Shown in pieces: positions 54,291 through 64,000 of a stretch of 64,000 nucleotides of DNA. Below the pieces are notes generated by a model. It searched no databases, was not told where the DNA came from, and saw only the letters and a list, made by a program, of their open reading frames with translations. Source of the stretch: Octopus vulgaris (lineage: Eukaryota); NCBI GenBank assembly GCA_951406725.2, contig OX597814.1:174654001-174718000 (forward strand). The letters run 5' to 3'. Position 1 is the first letter of the stretch. The number at the start of each line of letters is the position of its first letter. The position numbers and the translations under genes were made by a program.

Positions 54291-54992
54291 TTCAACTAAA
54301 AACTTTATCGTTACATATTTATATTCCTCATGTTTAATTCAGCCACAGTGGTAAATTTTGATATTAAGTTACTTGCATGTTGCATTCTGTTTCTTTCATC
54401 CTTCTAACTCAATGAGTATATTTGTAATGCATAACTAAATTCATATGAGTTGTGCGGTGATAATATATCATGTTCAATCCTTCAATATTTCGACCAACCA
54501 TTTCTGGCCCAAATATTCTGCCAGTTTTATATTCAAACCAATCAGATCCAGCCTCTCACACCCACCCTACAGTATCGTTCTGAACATAAAACAATAACAT
54601 CATGGAAATCTCATAGCTACGAGATAATGCATAATTAATTCAAAACAACATGAATTAATAAGCATTACATTTGACTAAGTAATCTGAATACTGAAGGGTT
54701 AAATGTTTGCTTGGTGTTATTAAGTTATTATATACAGCCGTTCGCAAATTAATCAATAACTCATTCAAGCTACAGTCAGTGACCCCCAACATTGACACAT
54801 GACAAGCAACAGCAGCATTTCATTCGTCTTTATGTTCTGAGTTTAAATTCCACTGAGGTTGACTTTGACTTTCATCCTTTTGGGGTCGATAAATTAAGTA
54901 CCAGTGAAACACTGGAGTCGACATAATCGACTTAATCCCTTTCCCCCAAATTTGAGGTCTTGTGCTTCCAGTAGAAAGGATCATTATTATTA

Positions 54993-55023
<31 letters not shown>

Positions 55024-55027
<4 letters not shown>

Positions 55028-55436
55028 TAGTTTTATTTTTATAGCGTGCTTTCACTTCACTACCAAGCGCAGCTCTGTGTGCCTTGGGTATGTGCTGTGA
55101 TTTGTTGTGATGCTCTGATGGTTATTGTATGGAAAGTGTTCTGCGTAGGATGTGTGCAGTGCCTAGTAGTGCAATTTTCTGTATGTTATATGTGTTTGTA
55201 AGTCCTGGTGTTTTTGTTATGTATTTGTCTGAATATTTTTTTTATCATGCCTAATGCACCTACTATGATAGGAATTGTTTCTGTTTTTAGATTCCACATT
55301 CTGGTTACCTCTATTTCCAGGTCTCTGTATTTTGAAAGTTTCTCCATTTCTTTTAGAGACATGTTGTCATCTGCTGGTATTGATACATCAATTAGAAAGC
55401 ATTTTTTTCCTTCATGATCTCTGACAACTATATCTG

Positions 55437-55437
<1 letters not shown>
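55024..55437 (-). mobile_element. R4/Dong-type non-LTR element 3' end inserted in (TAA)n
   Basis: PDIVVRDHEGKKCFLIDVSIPADDN...EKLSKYRDLEIEVTRMW...IPIIVGALG (RLE domain); (ATT)n on both sides. Confidence 0.9.
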
Positions 55438-55482
<45 letters not shown>

Positions 55483-55503
55483 GATTATCATTATTATCAA
55501 GCA

Positions 55504-55578
55504 GGGCAGGTAGCTTATTTTAGTTAGAGCGTCATGCTAATAACACGTGTGTTATTGTTTCGCGCCTCATACTGGCCA
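55504..55578 (+). pseudogene. Degenerate tRNA-Ile(AAU)-like sequence
   Basis: Aligns to GGCCGGTTAGCTCAGTTGGTTAGAGCGTGGTGCTAATAAC...GTACTGGCCA. The anticodon loop CTAATAA is retained; stems and B-box are decayed. Confidence 0.65.
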
Positions 55579-55898
55579 TATCTGTTTATCTGTCTTTATG
55601 TTCTGAGTTCAAATCCCACTGAAGTTGAATTTGCTTTTCATCCTTTTGGGGTTGATAAATTAAGTAACAGTGAAACACTGGGGTCAATATAATCGATTAG
55701 TCCACCTCACTCCAAATTTTAGGCCTTGTGCCTTTAGGATTATAATAATAATAATAATAATAGTAATAATAATAATAATAATAATTATTATTATTATTAT
55801 TATCATTATTATTATTATCATTATTATTATCAATAATATTAATATGCTTTTTAATTAATATGCACCTGTTGTGTGTGTCACACTTCAAAGAGAAAGTA

Positions 55899-55929
<31 letters not shown>

Positions 55930-55992
55930 GAAAGAGACAGTGAGTGGTGACGGCATTCATTTTGTGTTTTTAAATGTTTCAGAGAGAAAGTA

Positions 55993-56040
<48 letters not shown>

Positions 56041-56351
56041 AGAGAGAGAGAGAGAGAATGACAAAGACAGTGAGTGGTTTTTCTAGGCCTGAATTTTTTG
56101 TGGGGAGGGTGGCAATTGATTAGATCGACCCCAGTACACAACTGGTGCTTAATTTATCGACCCCGAAAGGACGAAAGGCAAAGCCGACCTCGGCAGAATT
56201 TGAACTCAGAGCATAAAGACACGATCATAATATACAAACATTTCTCATGGCATCAGTACACTGTTTACAGATGCTTACATTTTTTATTTTCCGTGAATTT
56301 TTCACGGGTCCAGCTAGTTGTTGTTGTTATTATTATTATTATTATTATTAT

Positions 56352-56394
<43 letters not shown>

Positions 56395-56395
<1 letters not shown>

Positions 56396-56625
56396 AGGCG
56401 GCGAACTGGCAGAATCGTTAGCACGCTGGACGAAATATTTTGCCCGTCGCTACGTTCTGAGTTCAAGTTCCGCCGAAGTCAACTTTGCCTTTCCTTCTTT
56501 CGGTGTCAATAAATTAAGTACCAGTTGTGTACTGATATCGATCTATTCGACTGATCCTTTTCCCACCCCCGCAAAAAAAAAAAAAAAAAAAAAAATTCAG
56601 GCCTTGTACCAATAGTATAAAGGAT
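56395..56625 (+). mobile_element. Family B SINE
   Basis: GGCGGCGAACTGGCAGAATCGTTAGC head. Further copies at about 53066, 53270, 54820, 55590, 56085 (-), 59090 (-) and 59490 (-). Confidence 0.8.
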
Positions 56626-56626
56626 T

Positions 56627-56663
<37 letters not shown>

Positions 56664-57008
56664 TTATTAATGATATGACCCATTTACAAGTAAAATTTGC
56701 AATATGATATATATCATGGTTCTGTTGCTGTGCAATAGCAAAACTGATGGTAATAAGCAGCGTCAGCATAAAACTATTTCGATGGGTGTCAGAAGAAACT
56801 AACATATCAGGATTAATAAAAATATATATATATATAATGATGATAAATTAAATTTCAGTAAGATCTTTCTAAAAAATTTTGTTTACATTTTAATAATCAA
56901 GCTGTTTAATCGTCAAGAACGATAATTGTTTAATTTTCCAACTAAGCAACAGAAAGGATGATGATGGTTAACAACTGAAGCAAATCGAAACAGCTCTCTT
57001 TGATAAAC

Positions 57009-57040
57009 ATTGCCATAGCAAACAGGTTACTATGGTTAGC
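57009..57040 (+). promoter_or_regulatory. Two adjacent RFX X-box-like motifs in the putative promoter of the WW-domain gene
   Basis: ATTGCCATAGCAAAC and GTTACTATGGTTAG resemble GTTNCCATGGNAAC, about 330 bp upstream of the ATG. Confidence 0.4.
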
Positions 57041-57362
57041 TTAAAAAAAAGAATAAAAAGACAAAAAAAAAAAAGCTAGGCTAAATGTTTTTAAGATTTA
57101 GAATCCTTGGCTAATTAATCGATAAATCCAGGGACGAATTATAGAAGTTGGAATGCTAAACGATGGAAGTAATTATGACGACAAGGTCTGTTGTAATAAG
57201 TCTGCCGAGGTACTATGACATTTAGGTCGTCGTCGACGATTGGCTGAAGCTTGCATGTGTTTTTTTTTTTTTTTTCTCTAATAAACAGGAACACTAGTAA
57301 GCTACTAAAAACACTGCAAGTGGATGTAGTAGTAGTAGGTATTTATTGTTAGCTGCAACAAG

Positions 57363-57442
57363 ATGTCGGGGCCGGCCTACACTCAATACGCAAACTTACC
57401 CCCAGGATGGGAAATGCGGTTCAATACGCAATACCAGCGATA
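57363..57442 (+). CDS. Probable first coding exon of a gene with an N-terminal WW domain (MSGPAYTQYANLPPGWEMRFNTQYQRY...)
   Basis: caagATG start; LPPGWE-x-R WW-domain signature; strong GTAAGT donor (phase 2); locally CpG-retaining sequence. No downstream exon was found in the window. Confidence 0.75.
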
Positions 57443-57590
57443 GTAAGTTTAATATGTGTTTCTAGAGGGCTGCTGTTTAAAATGTTACTGTCTTCATTAT
57501 TCAAAACAGCTTGGTCCTTAATTTACTGTTTTGTTTTGATTCGCTTTTCCCTTCCATTTCTTGAAACCCCAATATTTTCCTATCCAGCGG

Positions 57591-57625
57591 TATATATATA
57601 TATATACATATATACACACATACAC

Positions 57626-57712
<87 letters not shown>
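57591..57712. repeat. (TA)n-rich microsatellite
   Basis: Seen directly. Confidence 0.95.
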
Positions 57713-57720
<8 letters not shown>

Positions 57721-60700
57721 CGCCTGTTTCTGTCTCTCTTTCCCCTAACTTTGCCAGTCACTGTTTTGGTTGTCTCCCTACCAAATGGTGATGACAGTCA
57801 ATAGTAAAAAAAATTTTTTTCTTTTTAAAATAATTGATATATATATATATATTTGATATGCCATATTGACATAAAACACCAACTGTAAGATTGATATGGA
57901 ATTAGAGAAAAAAAAATACAGAGTTCGGTAATGATTACGGTATCACACCATCACATGCACACATATCGATATATGAATGCCTTGAGTCAAAGATTAAAAG
58001 AACTTGTGCGAAATAAGTAAATAAATAATGAACTATCCTTAAAGGGATATTTTAAAAACATGATTATATATATATACATATAGTGTTGGTCGAAGACTGA
58101 CCAACTGTATAAAAACGGTTTCATATAGCGGCCCAAATCAAGGAGAAATATATATTAGTCAGTTACACTGAGGTTGACCTGGGGCTAAACAAGAACGTTA
58201 TTGACCTATGTAGGGCATATTCAATGAAAATAATTGAGTCAGTGTACATTGACTGAAGAAGGTTGGGAGATTCATCCTTTTAAAGTACTTATCGACACCC
58301 ACTATTGTGAAAAGTGTTAAAGGTGAAGTCTAAGTACCGCAAGGTATTTTGATATATCACACAGAATGAACACGCTTTTCGTGTGAGGTTCGGATAAATT
58401 CAGCTTTGAATAATGTTTTTCTTATACTTGCTAACCTATAGATAAAATAGAAAACAATAGAAACATGCATAAATATATGTATGTATACACACACTCACAC
58501 ATTTCATTTTGCGTGATGTGTGTTTAATGTTGTAGTTAACACAGGATCAAAACCAGAACGAAGTTTAATATTCAGTTTGTTTTCGTGTTAAGAAACCGCT
58601 TCCTATAATCTACTTAAAAAGACGATAGACAGAAGCTAACCCAACTTGTTATAAATATAAATTCGGTAACTTTCTATAAACTTTACCCTATAAAATTTTT
58701 ATTTTAATGTTTGCCCGTTAAGGAAAAAAAACACAACTCCGTAACAAGTTGAATAAAACTGGATCTCGCATTTATGGAGTTAGGCATAGTTATGAACAAT
58801 ACTTATTTTTTTATGATTCTGGGGCTAGTCAATAAGATATGTATCAAGTACTGAAGTTGAGTAGATCAACAATACCACATCTATTTTTAAAGTTAAGTTA
58901 CTTGTACTAGTTAATTTCTACTATCTATTTTGTCAATAATCTCGGTCACAGAAAATGCAAAACAAGTTCGGGTGACATTTAAAACTCAAAATAAAAAATA
59001 AAAAAAGTCGAAGCAACGATAGTCTTCATGGATATTTCTTACATTTCTAAAAGGCAATGTGGTTCTGAAACGTTCAAATTATAATAATAATTCTTTCTAT
59101 TATAGGCACAAGGCCTGAAACTTTGAGGGTGGAGCTGGTCGACTACATCGACCCCAGTGCTCAACTGGTACTTTATGTTCTCGACCATAGAAAGATGAAA
59201 GCAGTTTTCATAGATGTCCAATGTTTTCATAATCGAGGAACGGGAATTAGGGAGTTAATTTCTTGATAGTCTGATTCTGACAACCACAGTCATAACTTTT
59301 GATGGTAGGGCATATTCGATGTAACGGATATCAATTATTGACGAGTGCTTATTTTATCGCATCAGAAAGGTGGACAGAAAGTCGACCCTGACGCAATTTC
59401 AAGTTAGAACCAAAATAAATTAAAAAATGGAATTCAATTAAATATCTTCTCCAGCGCTCAACGAACCACCGCCCTTGTTAATTATGATTTCTAATACAGG
59501 CACAAGGCCATAGATGCGGTATTGTTGATCTACTCAACTTCAGTACTTAACTAATACATATCTTATTGACTAACCTCAGAATCATAGAAAGTAAAGTTTA
59601 TTTTGGCGAGATTTGAACTCAGAATTTAAAGGGACTTAACGAAATACTATTTTGTTTATTTCTGTTACTCGCCATCCTTAATAATAATATTGATAGTGAT
59701 GATGAGAGTTCTCGATGACCTACATACCATTTTTTTCTGCTCATGGCATTTACTATGTTTTTCCGCAAGCGGGAAAAGGATGGGATGGACATTGATGTTA
59801 TCGAGCCAGACGGGGAAGTTTCTACATGGTCGTTCGACCAGCTAGTAATAGTAGTTGCATTCTCCTCAAACCAGAACTTATCTTCAAAAGAAAGACCACA
59901 TCGGATAATCTAATCCTTGATATCATGGCTGGGACCTTTTTATCATAATTCTACTTGGTAGAGCTGATGTGGGGGCTATGCAATAAAATCCATCCAAGCA
60001 AGCCATCGGAGACCTTGTGCGCTTCTTAAAGCTTACCTAGTATCTCTCGATTTAAATCCCGTCGGTGCGATTTATGCCTTTCATCCACCATCATTCATTT
60101 ATTAGAGTCGTTTATATATATATACGTTGATTCAATTCTCTTTGTAGTAATGGTTACTTGCGTCGTAGAGCGAGGGCAAAACCAATTCCGTAGACTGGAG
60201 TCGATTGTTTTCGTCGGAACCATTTCCATTTTATTGACAGTGTGTTATCTCTGGAAAAAGTTTGAATGAACTATTATAACTATACTAATTTCTGTATACC
60301 CATACGCACCTCTCTTTCTATTTATATATGTATAAAGTGTGTGTGTGTATTTATGTATGTATATTTGTGTGTATGTGTGCATATATATATATATATATGC
60401 ACACATACACACAAATATACATATATATATTACATGCAAAAACCCTACTATGCACAATCGCTTACGTACACACACACACACACACACAACATCCATTTAA
60501 TTAACCTCGTGCCTACATTTTATTTATGCGCACACACACACACACGTACTCAATCGTGCGTATTTAAATATAGTACCTCTCAATACTGATTTAATTAAGT
60601 ATAAAAATACGCTCTTTTAGTCATCACTTTACGAACCGAAGCCAGACTCGTCTGTCATAAGTTGTACAAATATTAATATAATTGATATATATGGATACCT

Positions 60701-63074
60701 TGCTTGTTTTGTCACTACTACATGTAAATTTCGTTTCTTCATTTTCTTCTCTCATGTATATTTTATACATAATTGTCGAACCTCTTAAAAAGGAAATCTC
60801 TATATCTACCCACGCTTTCTCTCTTCCTCTCTCTCTGTGAATGTGGTTAATTTGATAAGTAGATTACACTTTGATAAGAGTAGAATATCAATGTGGTTTA
60901 TTTACAAACAATCTCGTGCATATTTCCCAGAAAACTTGTTCTTGCTTCTATGCTGAGATGAGCTATGCAAATGTTTACTTCTCATACTAAATCAACGTTG
61001 TTAAAATGACGCTGACTTGTTCCATGGCTGTACTGCTACCAATAGCAACAGCATCAACGAGATTTATCACTTAGTGACTGTTAAGTAATGGTTATTATAA
61101 TCGATAATAGTATGACTAATCATCTTAATGTTAGGTTAATGGTAGAGTGTAGAAGTGTAACTGACATAGGCAAGAAAATTGCCATAATGGCAATGTAGAT
61201 GATGATGAAAGGGGGGCTATGAGGATTCTAATTTACTGCAAAGTCAACAACCTATATAGTTATTAAAGATGAGAGATAATGAGCTGTGAAGCACCTGCTT
61301 CTCCACCGAGTAGTTAGTAAAGGAGGTGAAAGGAATTCTAGAAGTTAATTTGATTCTCCAAGAACTTGCTTAATAAACACGATACCCACCACAAATAGCA
61401 GAGGGGAAAAAAGGAAAAACAAGCTTGTAGCTACGATATGGGCGGCGGCAGCGGTAGTAGTATCACTTGTGCAATTGTCAGTGCTGACAGCTAAAGCAAA
61501 CAGCTGTAAGTTGAAATGTTAGACAACAATCGAAGTAATTATTAGCTACAGTGACAACTTGTTGCTTGATGAGGAATAACATTCAAATCTCCTTCAAATC
61601 ATCCCCAACCTTCTTAAAATGACTATTCGAAATAGCCCTAGTTGTAATGCCCTTCGTCTTAGCTCTGTTCGGCCAGAATAAACCTGGGTGAATTATTTTA
61701 ACATAAGCGATGTGCGCTCGTAAATTTAACCGAGCCTTGTTTTAACATATTTTTACTTCTGCCATAGCCTATCAACATCATGATACAGATGTTTCTTTTT
61801 ATGATGATGAAATTTGTTCATTCATTACCTAATTTCATTGTAAAAATTACAATAAATCTGTATTATTAAATGTGTTTCTTGCTTTTCCTTTCCTTGTCAC
61901 TTTCGAGAGTCCTAGGTAAAGGTTTCATCAGACTTTTCAAATGGGGTTTCAGCACCCACTTATCGATCTTTCTTCTCTCCTTTTTTTTTCATCTTTGCAT
62001 TTCTACATTCTCCATTCATTTTTATATAATAAGTAGATTTGATTTGAACATTTGGAAGATGAAAGCATAGTGTTACAAACTCCATAACAACATGCTCAAA
62101 TAAATCAAAATATCAGGTAAAGAGAAATGTATTGAAAATTATATGGGCACTTTTTTTTCCATTAATGATTAAAAAGATAAGCATAGAAGCGTTATTATGA
62201 GAGATCTTTGGAATAAATATAATAAATGAAAGTGTAGTGGAACCATAAGACATTAGTAATTAATTAGATGGGGTTATCAGTTAATCAACTTAATCACTTA
62301 GTGGATTATCCTACAACTGTGCTGCAACAATGTAAACAAATAATACACCCTACCATACTGGAGAAAACCCCTCAGAACCAACTGTAGTTATTTTAGCACT
62401 GCAACACATGCAAGATGTGTTTATGAAGAAGCCAAACTCTCCCTTATATCATATCCTACCATCTTCAAAAAAGAGTACATTAGATAATGCTATCCTAGAT
62501 GCACTATATGCAATATTGAGATGGTTATGACTGGAATGCCTTCGAACATTGATCAGTTTGGTCAGTATTGACCTGGGACTAAAAAAGCACTGACACTCAA
62601 CAAAACCTTCACCTCTTTCAGCAGCACAAGGACTCAGTTGCTATACATATCAAGGAAAGGTTTCTTCCTACATTCTCTACTCTTGAACAACATATTATTA
62701 AAACTTTGAAAGTCACTACAAATGCTAAGCCTGATCATCTCTGATCTTTCATGGTGGCCTTCCCCATATATTATCAAAACTACATGACAAAAGCTAGGAT
62801 TCTTCTTTAGAGAGAGAAATTACTTCAGCCCATATGTTGACTTTACTCTCTAAAGCTCAAGTAAGACTCACATCTGAGTACATTTCACATGTGTGAGATG
62901 TGCTGCTACTGTACACTCAAATAACCAAAAGAAACTATTTGAATGACTGGTTAAGATTCCTTCACTAAAGCACAACCACCTGTTGCTCACGTTTGCTGTT
63001 TCTTGTTACCTTCTACTACTGTTATCTCAGCCTCTGCAGCTCTGAAATAGTTTTAGTTGTATACCCCTTATTTA

Positions 63075-63639
63075 TTGGGTTGTCCAGAAAGTTCGTGCCG
63101 ATTTTTAAAGGAAAGAAAAAGGTCAATAAATACTTGCCATTACATTTTTAATCAACCAAATATGAACCATTTTGTTGCACAATGCATCTCCATCTTTCCT
63201 TTAACTTGAAAATACCCTCTTCCCAGAATTGAGGTGGTTCATGGCAAAGAATTCATCAAGGTATCTTTTTACGTCATCCAAGGATTTGAAATTTTTGCCA
63301 TTTAAGACTATTCTGCAGAGACCTGAATAAGTGGAAATTCGAAGGAGCAATATCTGGTGAATATGGAGGGTGGGTAACACATCCCAGCCGAGCTGCAGCA
63401 ATTTTTGTCTGGTTCCCAAAGCATCAAGTGCCGAAAATGAACTTTCTTATCTTCCATTTTAAAGGGTTACAGAATTAACAGAGGTTATAGGAACATAAAT
63501 CTTCCTCCATGAAAAGGTAGCTTAAACTGTGCTCTAAATGGAGGTGTAGTCAAATCCTATTTTATAGACTCAACCGTGTTCTAAAATAAGTCGAAAGGTA
63601 AGCTACTATTAATTGGCATGAACTTTCCAGACAACCCAA
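63075..63639 (-). mobile_element. Mariner transposon, internally deleted, both TIRs present
   Basis: TA|TTGGGTTGTCCAGAAAGTTCGTGCCGATT...AATTGGCATGAACTTTCCAGACAACCCAA|TA. Remnant transposase LGWDVLP..PYSPDIAPS.FHLFRSLQ. Confidence 0.92.
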
Positions 63640-64000
63640 TACATCCAGCTAACCTAGCAAAATCTCAAATCTCAATCCCTATACTAATCACTGTTCCCAA
63701 TTCCACCTTTAGAACTGCATCTTTCTGAAATTCCATTCCCATCCATGATTTTCCTGCAGACATTTACCAACAGATGTTCAGCCTGAACATCAACCATATC
63801 AAATTTGCCTTCTAGAGATGGCTTTCAAAGGACTAATTTATAATAAATCATCTGTAATAAAAGTATAGGAAATGTACAACAGCTGTTAAAAAAAAAAGTA
63901 ATTACTGAAAAGATTTGAGTAATTAGCAAGGTAGTTATTGTAAAGCTAGTACAAGTTTAGTTAGATTTGGTTGAAATGTAGTTTGAGTTTGAACAAGTAC

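Noticed and set aside
55860-56075. Two-unit tandem duplication around (GA)n (and a 22-bp duplication at 44051-44097)
   Set aside because: Ordinary microsatellite-associated slippage with no further structure.
62037-62116. Candidate exon 2 of the WW gene (AG...CAG|GTAAAG)
   Set aside because: Stops in all three frames and no WW continuation.

Overview
AT-rich, repeat-dense animal genomic DNA. The SINE, LINE and microsatellite content points to a coleoid cephalopod, most likely Octopus (inference). The left half (132-27968, +) holds the last 13 coding exons of a choline transporter-like gene (SLC44/CTL2-4-5 type). The exons splice in frame to about 420 codons, and one intron is U12 (minor spliceosome) type. 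A probable first coding exon of a second gene, with an N-terminal WW domain and upstream RFX X-box-like motifs, lies at 57363-57442 (+). The rest is nested transposable-element debris: three or more tRNA-derived or RTE-tailed SINE families, RTE, CR1-like and R4/Dong LINE fragments, Penelope-like fragments with hammerhead-like motifs, a decayed Gypsy pol, solo LTRs with TSDs, hAT, mariner and TTAA-type DNA elements. There are also a retroposed 5S rRNA copy, a tRNA-Ile-like pseudogene, several long inverted repeats (one a 725-bp foldback downstream of the SLC44 stop), a tandem SINE array and a ~930-bp (TA)n tract. Most ORFs in the supplied track are spurious. All calls were made by eye without database searches.
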